This document shows positions 47,767-57,930 of a stretch of DNA of 64,000 nt, one piece after another. The DNA is taken from contig JALNJZ010000002.1 in the NCBI GenBank assembly GCA_023261845.1, positions 160,001 through 224,000 on the forward strand, given 5' to 3'. A model generated the notes under the pieces. The model searched no databases. It was not told the DNA's origin and saw only the letters and a list, made by a program, of their open reading frames with translations. Made by a program: the position numbers and the translations under genes. How positions within the stretch are numbered: the stretch's first letter is position 1; each line of letters begins with the position of its first letter. The DNA comes from Candidatus Terraquivivens tengchongensis. Lineage in GTDB: Archaea > Thermoproteota > Nitrososphaeria_A > Caldarchaeales > Wolframiiraptoraceae.

Positions 47767-48795
47767 ATGCGATACCCGTTGAGGGCGGTCATTCTTAAGA
47801 AATTTAAAGAATTGCCAGAGCTAACAGACATTGAGCCTGACTGGTCTTTAGGTCCCGGCGAGGTTCTGTTAGAGGTTGAGATGTCCGGCCTTTGTTATAG
47901 AGACCTGCTAACGGTTGATGGGTACTTCCCAAGGACAAAACTCCCGATAATCTTAGGCCACGAGATAGCTGGCAAGGTATTAAGAGTTGGTGATGGTGTC
48001 ATAAGCTTCAAGCCTGGCGACAGGGTCGCATCTTTAACATACATTCCATGCGGCAAGTGTAGGTACTGTAAATCCGGAAATGAAAATCTATGCAAGCAGC
48101 GCCTCACTTTTGGTGAGGATATAAATGACTCATTCGCCCAGATGGTGAAGGTACATGAAAGAAGTTTAGTAAAGATACCGGATAAAGTTACACCAGAAGG
48201 GGCAGCGATGGCAGCATGCGTGACGGGCATGGTGTTACACGCGTTCAGACATGTAGCAAGAATCAAAGAGGGCGAGTCCGTGTTAATAACAGGCGCTGGC
48301 GGCGGTGTAGGGATTCATGCGGTTCAAGTTGCAAAAGCCTTCGGTTGCAGAGTAATAGCAGCAACAAGCTCCGAGGAAAAGCTCAAGCATATATTGGATG
48401 CAGGAGCGGATGAGGTTTTGTTATCTGATGACAAGATGGTTGAAAATGTCAAAAGACTTACTGATAATGAGGGTGTGGATGTTGTTCTAGAGGCAGTTGG
48501 TCAGCCTACTTTTGACAAGAGCTTAAGATGCTTGGTATGGGGCGGCAGGATGGTCGTCGTAGGCAACGTAACCGTGTCATCTGTTAAGGTTCCGCTTGGG
48601 CTGATAATCTTAAAGGCGAACTCAATAGCTGGTACGATAGCCGCTACCAAGAGGGACTTAGAGGATGCGCTCAGACTCACGGCGGAAGGAAAAGTAAAAC
48701 CCGTTGTAACTGTCTATCCGCTTGAGAAGGTCTACGATGCGATGGAGAAGATGCGCCGAAAGGAATCAATCGGTAGGATACTACTAAAACCCTGA
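47767..48795 (+). CDS. Zn-binding MDR dehydrogenase, acryloyl-CoA reductase-like
   Basis: LCYRDLL-x2-G-x-FPR...LGHE, CVTGMV, TGAGGGVGIHAVQVAK, LG-x2-ILK, ATKRD...ALRLTAEGK. Confidence 0.82.
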   Translation: MRYPLRAVILKKFKELPELTDIEPDWSLGPGEVLLEVEMSGLCYRDLLTVDGYFPRTKLPIILGHEIAGKVLRVGDGVISFKPGDRVASLTYIPCGKCRYCKSGNENLCKQRLTFGEDINDSFAQMVKVHERSLVKIPDKVTPEGAAMAACVTGMVLHAFRHVARIKEGESVLITGAGGGVGIHAVQVAKAFGCRVIAATSSEEKLKHILDAGADEVLLSDDKMVENVKRLTDNEGVDVVLEAVGQPTFDKSLRCLVWGGRMVVVGNVTVSSVKVPLGLIILKANSIAGTIAATKRDLEDALRLTAEGKVKPVVTVYPLEKVYDAMEKMRRKESIGRILLKP

Positions 48796-48831
48796 AGTAA
48801 AGCATGCTTAAATCCTAATCATATCTTAAAG

Positions 48832-49095
48832 ATGTTTGTGATAGAGAAGATATTGGCATCCATAGAAGAGTTCAATAAGTATAGGTCTCCAGAGGCTAAT
48901 GCCAGGCTTATTTCGTTTGACAAGTCAATAATCAAAATAGAATTCACCGGACCCTTCTGCAGGACTTGCGGCTTTTACGACTACTTCGACGACTTGAGGA
49001 TAATCTTCGAAGAGATGGGGCTGAAGACTGAGATAACACTCATCGAAGAGACGGAAGATGGTGCCATCGTCGATTTCAAGTTAAAGAATACATGA
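48832..49095 (+). CDS. Conserved hypothetical protein with CxxC motif
   Basis: FNKYRSPEA...FTGPFCRTCGFYDYFDD. Confidence 0.75.
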   Translation: MFVIEKILASIEEFNKYRSPEANARLISFDKSIIKIEFTGPFCRTCGFYDYFDDLRIIFEEMGLKTEITLIEETEDGAIVDFKLKNT

Positions 49096-49134
49096 CAGAA
49101 ATTTATTAGGAAGCATTTTACATGGTGCTAATGG

Positions 49135-49311
49135 ATGGTAAAAATCGTAAAGCTTGAACATAAAGAAGAGACCGGAACATACTATATGTGCGAAGAGTGC
49201 GGCCTCATTTATGCTGAAATTAGCATCGCCAAGTGTTGCGAGGACTGGTGCAGAAACCATAAATCTTGCAATCTTGAAATAACAAGAAATGCGATAAAGT
49301 TCGAAGGTTAA
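49135..49311 (+). CDS. Small Cys-rich zinc-finger protein (58 aa)
   Basis: Not in ORF track: MVKIVKLEHKEETGTYYMCEECGLIYAEISIAKCCEDWCRNHKSCNLEITRNAIKFEG*; ends 5 nt before larC. Confidence 0.8.
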   Translation: MVKIVKLEHKEETGTYYMCEECGLIYAEISIAKCCEDWCRNHKSCNLEITRNAIKFEG

Positions 49312-49316
49312 AGACC

Positions 49317-50540
49317 TTGAAACTCATGGTCGTTGACTGTTCGGTTTCAGGCGTATCTGGCGATATGCTTCTAGCGGCTTTACTGGACGTTGGTGCTGAT
49401 AAGGAAGTTGTTAAGCGAGCTATCGAGCGTGTTCCAAAATTCTTAGACGGTTGCAAGGAAATAACGTTCAAGTTGGAAGAAGTTTACGTTGATGAATTAA
49501 AGGCGAAAAGGGTCAAAATAGTGGCCAAAGATGTTGTTAATTCAAGATCAGCTGTTATGCTAATTGACGCAGTCAAGGAATGCGTATCCGACCTGAATTT
49601 ATCAAACGATGCCGCTAACATCGCAATCAACGCCATAGAACTCCTAGCAAGGGCTGAGGCAAATGTCCATGATGAGCCGATCGAATCCGTGCGCCTCCAT
49701 GAGCTTGGAATGGCTGATACCGTGGCGGACATAATTGGTGTAGCAGCTGCCTTAGATTCTCTTAACTTGAGAAGGGAAATGATAGCAACGACGAGGTTGG
49801 CAGTAGGTGGTGGAGTTCTAAAGCTATCCCATGGTATTTTTCCGGCACCAGCTCCGGTTACTTTAGAACTCCTTAAGGTTTCTGGAATACCTTTCAGTGG
49901 TGGACCGATTGAGGGTGAGCTGGCTACGCCTACTGGCGTAGCGCTCTTGGCCTCAATGTCAAGCAGAGTAATCCAGGTTTATCCACCGATGAGTGTGGAG
50001 AAAATAGGCTATGGTGCAGGCTCGATACTGCACGACGGAAACCCGTCCGTTTTACGTTTACTTCTCGGTCAAGAGCAAGAGACTCGTGGGAACGTTGAGG
50101 AGATAATGCTACTTGAGACAAACGTTGATGATGTTTCTGGCGAATCGTTAGCTTATGTCGCAGATAAGTTGTTGTCCGAAGGTGCATTGGACGTGAACAT
50201 CATACAGGCAATCGGCAAGAAGGGAAGACCCACAAGCATACTCAGGGTTCTGAGTAAAAAGGGCCATGAGGCAAACTTTGCGCGTACGATGATGCAGGAG
50301 CTCGGAACGTTGGGCGTTAGGTTTCTAACTGTTGGAAGGTTTGTAGCTATGAGAGAAGAATCTTTGGTTGACGTACGTATTGCTGGCAGAATTTTTAAAG
50401 TAAGGGTTAAGAGGTCCTTCCTTCCCGGAGGAGAGTCCTTAACCCTAAAGCCCGAGTTCGAAGACTTAAGAACGATAGCGCGGGAGACCGGCCTAACCAT
50501 AAGGGAAGTTGAGAATGCGGTAAAGAAACAGATAAGCTAG
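49317..50540 (+). CDS. larC: Nickel pincer cofactor nickel-insertion protein
   Basis: SGVSGDMLLAAL, AEANVH...LHE, HG-x2-PAPAP, TPTG, ETNVDD, KKGRP, GTLGVR, PEFED. Confidence 0.93.
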   Translation: MKLMVVDCSVSGVSGDMLLAALLDVGADKEVVKRAIERVPKFLDGCKEITFKLEEVYVDELKAKRVKIVAKDVVNSRSAVMLIDAVKECVSDLNLSNDAANIAINAIELLARAEANVHDEPIESVRLHELGMADTVADIIGVAAALDSLNLRREMIATTRLAVGGGVLKLSHGIFPAPAPVTLELLKVSGIPFSGGPIEGELATPTGVALLASMSSRVIQVYPPMSVEKIGYGAGSILHDGNPSVLRLLLGQEQETRGNVEEIMLLETNVDDVSGESLAYVADKLLSEGALDVNIIQAIGKKGRPTSILRVLSKKGHEANFARTMMQELGTLGVRFLTVGRFVAMREESLVDVRIAGRIFKVRVKRSFLPGGESLTLKPEFEDLRTIARETGLTIREVENAVKKQIS

Positions 50541-50848
50541 TAGAACATCTGCACATGCATTATGCCGCCGACCTTAATCGCGGCGCTCTCACGGATAAGG
50601 CCCTTACTTATCAACATGCTGACTATCCTATTGCCCAGAAGGTTTATTATCGTAGCTTGCTCTATATAATGTATAACGCTTTCACCCTCGACCAGAACGC
50701 CCCCGTAAAACGAGTTATCAACCTTTATCTCGAGACCGCCCTCTGCAACTATCCTTCTGCCGAGAAGCTCCTCATCACAGATTGCCGCAACTACCTCTCC
50801 AGTCCTGGAATGATGAAGCTTAACCCAGAACCTCCCCCACTCGCTCAT
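50537..50848 (-). CDS. DUF424 family protein
   Basis: AICDEELLG, FYGG, ATIINLLG, HVQ. Confidence 0.88.
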   Translation of the reverse strand: MSEWGRFWVKLHHSRTGEVVAAICDEELLGRRIVAEGGLEIKVDNSFYGGVLVEGESVIHYIEQATIINLLGNRIVSMLISKGLIRESAAIKVGGIMHVQMFY

Positions 50849-51009
50849 CGTTTCCCGTTAAAATGATTTGCTACAAGGTTTTTAAACTTTGGTCATATAA
50901 AAAATCTGGCGCACCTTACACAAAAATGCAACAATCAGTATTTTTTAAAGAGAACTCATAAAAATTTAACGTTTATACCTTACAAGATGGACGACATTCA
51001 TGGGAAAAG

Positions 51010-52143
51010 TTGAAGCTGTATGAATATGAGGCAAAGCAGCTCTTCTCCTTGTACAACATCCCGGTGCCAAAGTCTGGCCTAGCGAAAACGCCGGAAGAAG
51101 CCATGGAAATCACTCAGAAGCTGGGCGGAAAATCCGTCTTAAAGGCGCAGGTGTTGGTAGCAGGAAGAGGGAAGGCAGGTGGCATAAAATTCGCTGGAAG
51201 TCCGCAGGAAGCATACGAACTCGCAAAGATATTGTTGAACATGGAGATAAAGGGCGAAAAGGTCCGTTCTTTGCTAGTAAGTGAAACTGTGGACATAGAG
51301 AGGGAGCTTTACCTTAGCATCGTTATAGACAGATCTGTCGGTGCAGCGTCGATACTAGCGTCTTCCGAAGGAGGTATAGATATCGAGGAGCTTGCGGCAA
51401 AGTCGCCAGAGAAGATCGTAAAGGTCTACATAGACCCATTGGTGGGCTTGAAGCCCTATCATGTAAGAAGGATAACGGAGTTCATGAGCCTTTCTGATGA
51501 GCAGAAGAAAGTGCTTCATGACATTACTCTGAATCTCTATAGGTTATTCGTGGACTTTGACTGCGAGCTTGCTGAAATAAACCCTCTGGCGGTGGATAAA
51601 GAAGGTAAGCTCGTTCCTGTAGATGCAAAGGTCATAATAGACGATAACGCTTTGTTCAGAAGGAAGGAGTTTGCTGAGCGTGCATCTGCAGAGTTAAGCG
51701 AATTCGAGGCAGAGGCGAAGAAGTATGGCTTTAGCTATGTTGAACTTGATGGTGACATCGGAATAATAGGAAATGGTGCTGGTCTGACAATGGCAACGAT
51801 GGATGTCGTTAAGTTGTATGGTGGAAAACCTGCCAACTTTTTAGACATAGGTGGCGGTGCCAGAGCTGACATCGTGGAGAAAGCTGCCTCATTACTTTTG
51901 AAGCATCCAAAAGTAAAGGTTCTGCTTGTTAACGTTTTAGGTGGTATAACAAGATGTGATGAGGTTGCGAAAGGTCTCGTGAACGCCCTAAAGGCTTATG
52001 GTAAAGGCAAAAAACTTGTCGTGAGACTTATGGGGACAAACGAGGAGGAAGGAAAGAGGATTTTAAGCAGTGCTGGAATATCAGCGTTCGACTCCATGGA
52101 GGATGCTGCAAAAAATGTCGTCGAGCTTGTTAAGGTGATGTAA
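51010..52143 (+). CDS. sucC: Succinyl-CoA synthetase beta subunit
   Basis: LYEYEAK, KAQV...GRGKAGG, EINPL, GNGAGL, ANFLD, GGITRCD. Confidence 0.96.
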   Translation: MKLYEYEAKQLFSLYNIPVPKSGLAKTPEEAMEITQKLGGKSVLKAQVLVAGRGKAGGIKFAGSPQEAYELAKILLNMEIKGEKVRSLLVSETVDIERELYLSIVIDRSVGAASILASSEGGIDIEELAAKSPEKIVKVYIDPLVGLKPYHVRRITEFMSLSDEQKKVLHDITLNLYRLFVDFDCELAEINPLAVDKEGKLVPVDAKVIIDDNALFRRKEFAERASAELSEFEAEAKKYGFSYVELDGDIGIIGNGAGLTMATMDVVKLYGGKPANFLDIGGGARADIVEKAASLLLKHPKVKVLLVNVLGGITRCDEVAKGLVNALKAYGKGKKLVVRLMGTNEEEGKRILSSAGISAFDSMEDAAKNVVELVKVM

Positions 52144-52145
52144 TC

Positions 52146-53024
52146 ATGACGGTGCTGGTAAACAAGGATACCCAAGTCGTAGTTCAGGGTATAACCGGAA
52201 GAGAAGGGAGCTTCCACACTAAGGCAATGCTAGATTATGGTACAAAAATCGTAGCTGGCGTCACACCTGGAAAGGGTGGCCAAAATGTCTACGGTGTACC
52301 GGTCTACGACTCTGTCCATGATGCTGTGAGCAAGCACCCTGAGATTAATACCTCGATTATATTCGTCCCGTCACCTTATGCTCCTGATGCCGTTTATGAG
52401 GCCATGGAGGCAGGGATAGATGTGATTGTACTCATAACTGAGCATATACCGGTTCACGATTCGATGAAGTTTATAAGATATGCAAAATTGAGGGGTGTCC
52501 GTATAATAGGTCCTAACTGTCCAGGTATAATATCGCCGGGAGAATCGAAGGTAGGCATAATGCCAGGTCACGTGTTTTCCAAAGGAATGATCGGCATAGT
52601 ATCAAGAAGCGGTACCCTGACGTACGAAGTAGCCTATGCTATAACGAAAGTGGGGCTAGGCCAATCTACCGCAGTAGGCATTGGTGGCGACCCAATCACG
52701 GGCATGAGTATGATCGATATGCTAGAACTCTTCAGGGAAGATAACGAGACCAAAGCAGTCGTTCTAATAGGTGAGATAGGTGGTGATATGGAGGAACGAG
52801 CCGCCGAATACATAAGAAGGAGCAACTACGAGAAGCCGGTCATAGCATTCGTCGCAGGTAGGACTGCGCCGCCTGGAAAGAGAATGGGACATGCGGGTGC
52901 GATAATCTCCATGGGTGCTGGCGATGCTGAAAGTAAGATAAGGGCATTCGAGGCAAGTGGTGTAAAGGTTGCCTCAACACCAGTAGAGGTTGCTAAGTTG
53001 TTGAAGGATGCGTTAAAGGTTTAG
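52146..53024 (+). CDS. sucD: Succinyl-CoA synthetase alpha subunit
   Basis: [26 protein letters not shown]. Confidence 0.96.
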   Translation: MTVLVNKDTQVVVQGITGREGSFHTKAMLDYGTKIVAGVTPGKGGQNVYGVPVYDSVHDAVSKHPEINTSIIFVPSPYAPDAVYEAMEAGIDVIVLITEHIPVHDSMKFIRYAKLRGVRIIGPNCPGIISPGESKVGIMPGHVFSKGMIGIVSRSGTLTYEVAYAITKVGLGQSTAVGIGGDPITGMSMIDMLELFREDNETKAVVLIGEIGGDMEERAAEYIRRSNYEKPVIAFVAGRTAPPGKRMGHAGAIISMGAGDAESKIRAFEASGVKVASTPVEVAKLLKDALKV

Positions 53025-53033
53025 GGTCATATA

Positions 53034-53834
53034 ATGGGCAGGTCGTTAGGCGAAAGGGAATTCATGCAGCTTCTCCTAACGTCGTCGGAAATATTTGAGA
53101 GCGAGCCCCAAGTGTTGGACGTAGAGGACGAGTGCATAATCGTTGGTGATGTGCACGGTGATAAGGAATCGGTCGCTAGGGCTCTTGAATTACTCGAGCA
53201 AAATAGAACCCTAATCTTTTTGGGAGATTACGTTGACAGAGGTCCTTATCAGCTGGAGAGTATGTATGTATTACTGAAAGCAAAGATAGAGAACCCATCT
53301 AGACTCATCCTACTAAGAGGAAATCACGAATCGAGAAGTATGAATCTTTACTACGGATTTTACGACGTCGTGTTGAGCAGGTATTCGCAATCTTTATACG
53401 AACTCTTCGTAGATGTTTTTTCCAAAATGCCAATCTGTGCACTAATCAATAGAGAAATCTTGTGTCTCCATGGAGGCATAGCCGAAGGTCTGGAAAGCAT
53501 AGAGCAATTAAGGACCCTTCCAAAGGGCGATGACGACCCTAAAGACCCTATATATCTTCAGGTGCTATGGAATGATCCGGACGAGAGCATCGAGACGTTC
53601 GCTCCGAGTTACAGAGGCCCGGGCATTAGGCTCTTCGGCGCATCCGTCCTTGAGAATTTTCTGAAGAAGAACGGGTTGAAGATGCTTGTAAGGGCGCACG
53701 AACCTCAGCCTGAAGGGTTTAAGTTCATATTCGGAAATAGGTTGTTATCGCTCTTTTCATGTAGATACTATGGGATAAGACCTGCAGCCGCTCTTTTGAG
53801 GGGAAATGAAATCAAGATTCTCAGCCTTGGGTAG
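53034..53834 (+). CDS. Ser/Thr protein phosphatase (PPP family)
   Basis: GDVHG, GDYVDRG, RGNHE, HGG, WNDP, RAHE. Confidence 0.93.
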   Translation: MGRSLGEREFMQLLLTSSEIFESEPQVLDVEDECIIVGDVHGDKESVARALELLEQNRTLIFLGDYVDRGPYQLESMYVLLKAKIENPSRLILLRGNHESRSMNLYYGFYDVVLSRYSQSLYELFVDVFSKMPICALINREILCLHGGIAEGLESIEQLRTLPKGDDDPKDPIYLQVLWNDPDESIETFAPSYRGPGIRLFGASVLENFLKKNGLKMLVRAHEPQPEGFKFIFGNRLLSLFSCRYYGIRPAAALLRGNEIKILSLG

Positions 53835-54726
53835 CTGACCTCTCTAAGTATTCCAGCATACCCTCAACTGCCAACTTTATACTCGTTCTTACATAGTCCG
53901 GTACTTCCTTTACGTTTACACCGAATTTTTTAGCTAAAGCTTTGCAGGCCGCATCGGTAATTAATTCAACGTCACCACTTTCCTTTTCGGAAGAGATAAA
54001 ATCTTTCCACCAGTTCAGCAGAGATATTTCCCCCTCAAAGACGCTTTTAGATGCTTGTCTGACGCCGAAGTGTGGTACCATCAAAAGCTTTGGTTCCAGT
54101 TTCATCAAGCGCTTAAGGTCTTCTATTAAACCATGATAATCAAAACTCGGAGGTACGGATGATGGTACGAATACTGGGAAGCTCGGATATGTTCCTGAGA
54201 TAACGTCTCCCGTGAATAGAAAAGAGTTGGTTTCCTCGTAAACACAAATATGATGGGGCGCATGACCTTGTGTGTGAACAAACTTAAGTCGCATTTTCCC
54301 TAAAGATACGCGAGCGCAATCCTCAACACTAGACACTTGTTCTGGAGGGATCGGTTCGACCTTTCCAAAGAGGGCTGCTACCTGACCATAAATTTCTTCT
54401 ACGCTGGAAATCAACCTCGTTGGGTCTACAAGATGCTTTACACCTCTTGGGTGCGCAAGAACCTTCGCGTTTGTAGCAGTTTTTATCAGCGAGCCAGCAG
54501 CACCTGCATGGTCCAAATGAACATGCGTAACTATGATGTAGTCAAGCATTGAAGGGTCCAAACCTATGCTCTTGATGTCAGATAAGAGAACGTTGAGGGA
54601 CGAGGCATAACCTGTATCGATAAGCGCAGTCTTTTCGTCAACCAGAAGATATGCAGCGACGAATTCCCTAACACCTAGCGCCATCGTATCTATGAGATAC
54701 ACTCCATCTTGAATCCGCGTTATCAA
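53821..54726 (-). CDS. MBL-fold metallo-hydrolase
   Basis: THVHLDHAG, GHAPHH, FTGD, PHFG. Confidence 0.92.
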   Translation of the reverse strand: MITRIQDGVYLIDTMALGVREFVAAYLLVDEKTALIDTGYASSLNVLLSDIKSIGLDPSMLDYIIVTHVHLDHAGAAGSLIKTATNAKVLAHPRGVKHLVDPTRLISSVEEIYGQVAALFGKVEPIPPEQVSSVEDCARVSLGKMRLKFVHTQGHAPHHICVYEETNSFLFTGDVISGTYPSFPVFVPSSVPPSFDYHGLIEDLKRLMKLEPKLLMVPHFGVRQASKSVFEGEISLLNWWKDFISSEKESGDVELITDAACKALAKKFGVNVKEVPDYVRTSIKLAVEGMLEYLERSATQG

Positions 54727-54818
54727 AACCTTCTCATTCGCTAAAGCATATTGCGATTATTTAACCATACGCACGCAAACTTTTTAACAGAGATGGTTAT
54801 ACAAATCCTTGCACATAC

Positions 54819-55733
54819 ATGATAACAATAATAGGTACTGGAAGAGTTGGTGTTGCGGTAGCGATCCACCTAGCCATTAAGGGATTGGATGACATCATGC
54901 TGATAGACATTATCGAAGGTTTACCGCAGGGGGAAGCTTTAGATCTCACCCATATGTGCGCCACGCTTGGTATTGATATTGATATATCCGGATCAAACGA
55001 TTACAAAGATATGAGCGGGTCCGAACTCGTGATAGTTCCCGCAGGTTTCATAAGGACTGCCGACATGAGTAGGCTTGACCTGCTCTACAAGAATTCAGAG
55101 GTTATAAAGGCTGTCTCGAAGGGCATTAAAGAGTACGCACCCAACTCAAAGGTCATAATGGTAACAAATCCGCTTGACGTCATGACATACCTTGCCTACA
55201 AAGTAACGGGATTCGAGAGGAATAGGGTACTTGGGTTTAGCGGCTTACTCGACACTTCGAGGTATAAGAGTCTGATAGCCAAAGAGCTGGGTGTTGCAGC
55301 ATCAACTATCTATACAACAATAATCGGAGAACATGGAGATACGATGGTCCTCCTGCCACGTTTTACGATGGTTGGGGGTGTTCCATTAGAATCCTTGATA
55401 CCAAAGGAGAAAATTCAACAGATAATCGAGCGCACGAAGAAAATGGGCGCCGAGATCATAAAGCTGAAAAAGTGGTCAGCATCGCATGCGGTCGGCGCTG
55501 GTGTCGCCACGATGGCAGAAGCCATCATCAAGGATACAAAGGCCGTCATACCAGTTTCGACCTACTTACAAGGAGAGTACGGTGTTTCAGACGTCTGCGT
55601 AGTCGTCCCTGCTGTAATTGGTAAGAACGGTATTGAGAAAATCATAGAACTTCCCCTGAATGATGAGGAGAGGGCTGCATTCCTTAAAAGTGTCGAGACA
55701 GTAAAATCGGCAATATCCCAGCTCAAGCTTTGA
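54819..55733 (+). CDS. mdh: Malate dehydrogenase (LDH-like)
   Basis: GTGRVG, GFIR-x4-SR (Arg at specificity site), TNPLD, LDTSR, GEHG. Confidence 0.85.
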   Translation: MITIIGTGRVGVAVAIHLAIKGLDDIMLIDIIEGLPQGEALDLTHMCATLGIDIDISGSNDYKDMSGSELVIVPAGFIRTADMSRLDLLYKNSEVIKAVSKGIKEYAPNSKVIMVTNPLDVMTYLAYKVTGFERNRVLGFSGLLDTSRYKSLIAKELGVAASTIYTTIIGEHGDTMVLLPRFTMVGGVPLESLIPKEKIQQIIERTKKMGAEIIKLKKWSASHAVGAGVATMAEAIIKDTKAVIPVSTYLQGEYGVSDVCVVVPAVIGKNGIEKIIELPLNDEERAAFLKSVETVKSAISQLKL

Positions 55734-55838
55734 TTAGCTCCCTAGTTGATAGGAACACCATTACATCCCAATTTTTTAATGAGTAAAAAATTTAACCAAG
55801 CCGTAGATAGTTTCTTACCTTAAAGGGGGCTCTGTAAG

Positions 55839-57119
55839 GTGGGCATGACAATAACTGAGAAGATATTGGCTAAGGCAAGCGGCAAGCGCACAGTGAGCCC
55901 AGGCGATGTAGTGTTTGCGAACATCGACAAAGTTATGATGCATGACGTCGGCGGTCCTGGTGTCTGGGCGGTATTCCAAGAACTGAAACCGATAATAGGC
56001 GAGATTGAGAAGATATGGGACCCAGATAAGGTATGGCTAACTGAAGATCATTTTGTCCCTCCAATAGATAAACAATCTGCTGAAAACATAAAGACGCTTG
56101 AAGATTTTGCCAAGAGGTATGGAATACGCAAATATTTCAGGTACGGCTTGGGCCAGTATGGTGTTTGCCACACTCTGTCCTACGAAGAGGCGCTGGTGTT
56201 GCCCGGTGAAGTGTACGTAGGCACGGACTCGCATACAAATACCGCAGGGGTGGTCGGTGCGTTTGCTGCAGGCTTAGGACACACGGATATAGCATACGTG
56301 TTGGTACACGGAAAAACTTGGTTCAGGGTTCCCGAGACTTTGCTGTTCAGGATTTCTGGCGAGCTTCAACCTTACTCCACAGCTAAAGATTTATCACTCG
56401 CTATACTGCATGAGATCGGAACGGATGGGGCTAACTATAAAGCAATGCAGTTTTCCGGCTCTGCCATCAAGGCAATGGATATAGACGAGAGGGCCACCTT
56501 GACCAACATGTCAACGGAAGCAGGAGCCAAGAACGCTATAATCGAGCCGGATGAACGCCTGCTTCAATACCTGAGGAGTAGGACGGACTCGCCGCTAACG
56601 CCCGTTTACGGTGATGAGGATGCTGAATTTTCCGAGGTTTACGACATGGATGCGAGGACGATAGAACCCCTTGTCGCGAAGCCTTACTCTCCCGGAAATG
56701 TGTCCTCTGCAAGGGAGCTTAGCGATGTAGAAGTTGACAGGGTTTACATAGGCTCATGTACGGGAGGTAAGATAACGGATTTGAGGATGGCTGCAAGCGT
56801 TCTAAAGGGGAGGAAAGTGAGGGTTAGGACCGAAATAGTTCCGGCAACCCAAAGGACATACATGCAAGCCTTGAAGGAGGGACTGATAGAGATATTCTTG
56901 CAGTCTGGTGCCCTAATCGGTGCGCCGACATGCGGCCTTTGCTTTGGTGGCCACATGGGTGTGCTTAGGAAGGGTGAGGTTTGCATCTCGACGACCAACA
57001 GGAACTTCCCAGGTAGGATGGGTGACAGAGAATCAAAGACGTACCTAGCATCACCCTTAACGGCCGCAGCAACAGCCGTAACCGGCAGGATAACAGACCC
57101 CAGAGACTTGAGCGGGTGA
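55839..57119 (+). CDS. leuC: 3-isopropylmalate dehydratase/homoaconitase large subunit
   Basis: TITEKI, DH, GVCH, DSHT, IGSCTGG, CGLCFG, STTNRNF. Confidence 0.9.
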   Translation: MGMTITEKILAKASGKRTVSPGDVVFANIDKVMMHDVGGPGVWAVFQELKPIIGEIEKIWDPDKVWLTEDHFVPPIDKQSAENIKTLEDFAKRYGIRKYFRYGLGQYGVCHTLSYEEALVLPGEVYVGTDSHTNTAGVVGAFAAGLGHTDIAYVLVHGKTWFRVPETLLFRISGELQPYSTAKDLSLAILHEIGTDGANYKAMQFSGSAIKAMDIDERATLTNMSTEAGAKNAIIEPDERLLQYLRSRTDSPLTPVYGDEDAEFSEVYDMDARTIEPLVAKPYSPGNVSSARELSDVEVDRVYIGSCTGGKITDLRMAASVLKGRKVRVRTEIVPATQRTYMQALKEGLIEIFLQSGALIGAPTCGLCFGGHMGVLRKGEVCISTTNRNFPGRMGDRESKTYLASPLTAAATAVTGRITDPRDLSG

Positions 57120-57620
57120 GTGAATTTGGAAGGTGTATTGAGAGGATGCGTCCACAAATACGGCGATAACGTGGATACAGACAGTATAATACCTGGAAGG
57201 TTCCTGAAAGAGATGGATCCGAAGAAGCTTGCCGAGCATGCCATGGAAGGCATAGACCCAGACTTTGTTAAGAAAGTCAGACCGGGAGACTTCGTCGTTG
57301 CGGGTAAGAACTTTGGTTGCGGCTCTAGCAGAGAGCACGCACCAATTGCCCTTAGGTATGCCGGTATCAAGGCCGTCTTAGCAAAATCTTTCGCTAGGAT
57401 ATTCTACAGGAATGCCGTCGACGGAGGTCATCTTATACCGATTGAAATAGACAACAACGTTTACGAAAGGTTATCTGATGGCGACGAAATAGAGGTTGAC
57501 GTATCGAAAGGTATCGTCAGGAACTTGACTAAGGGTGAGGTCTACAACATACGGCCGATACCAGAGCTTGTGATGAAGATAATCAAGGCTGGTGGAATAT
57601 TCATGTTTAAACATGAATAA
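57120..57620 (+). CDS. leuD: 3-isopropylmalate dehydratase/homoaconitase small subunit
   Basis: NVDTDSIIP, NFGCGSSREHA, SFARIFYRN. Confidence 0.9.
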   Translation: MNLEGVLRGCVHKYGDNVDTDSIIPGRFLKEMDPKKLAEHAMEGIDPDFVKKVRPGDFVVAGKNFGCGSSREHAPIALRYAGIKAVLAKSFARIFYRNAVDGGHLIPIEIDNNVYERLSDGDEIEVDVSKGIVRNLTKGEVYNIRPIPELVMKIIKAGGIFMFKHE

Positions 57621-57660
57621 CTTTATAGAGTGCCCTAGACATGCTATAAAATGTGTGACG

Positions 57661-57789
57661 ATGGAACAGAAAAAGTACCGATGCCCCTATTGCGAGCAAT
57701 CCTTCGATACGGAAGATGAACTCTCAAAGCATATGGATAAAGTGCATATAGGCAAGGGGTTGCTAGAAGGCGATAGGAGAAAGCGGTAG
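57661..57789 (+). CDS. Small C2H2 zinc-finger protein (42 aa)
   Basis: YRCPYCEQSFDTEDELSKHMDKVH; start set at ATG 57661. Confidence 0.8.
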   Translation: MEQKKYRCPYCEQSFDTEDELSKHMDKVHIGKGLLEGDRRKR

Positions 57790-57930
57790 TCGTAGATGAG
57801 TTAAAGTTATATACCCTAAACTTTTCTATAGATGTTTGAGCAGAATTGGTCAAGGCTAAAAAGAGCTCAAAGAAAAAGCGCGCTGGATGTAAAAAGAAGA
57901 AGTAAGCTTATATCACAAATCAATTTTTAT

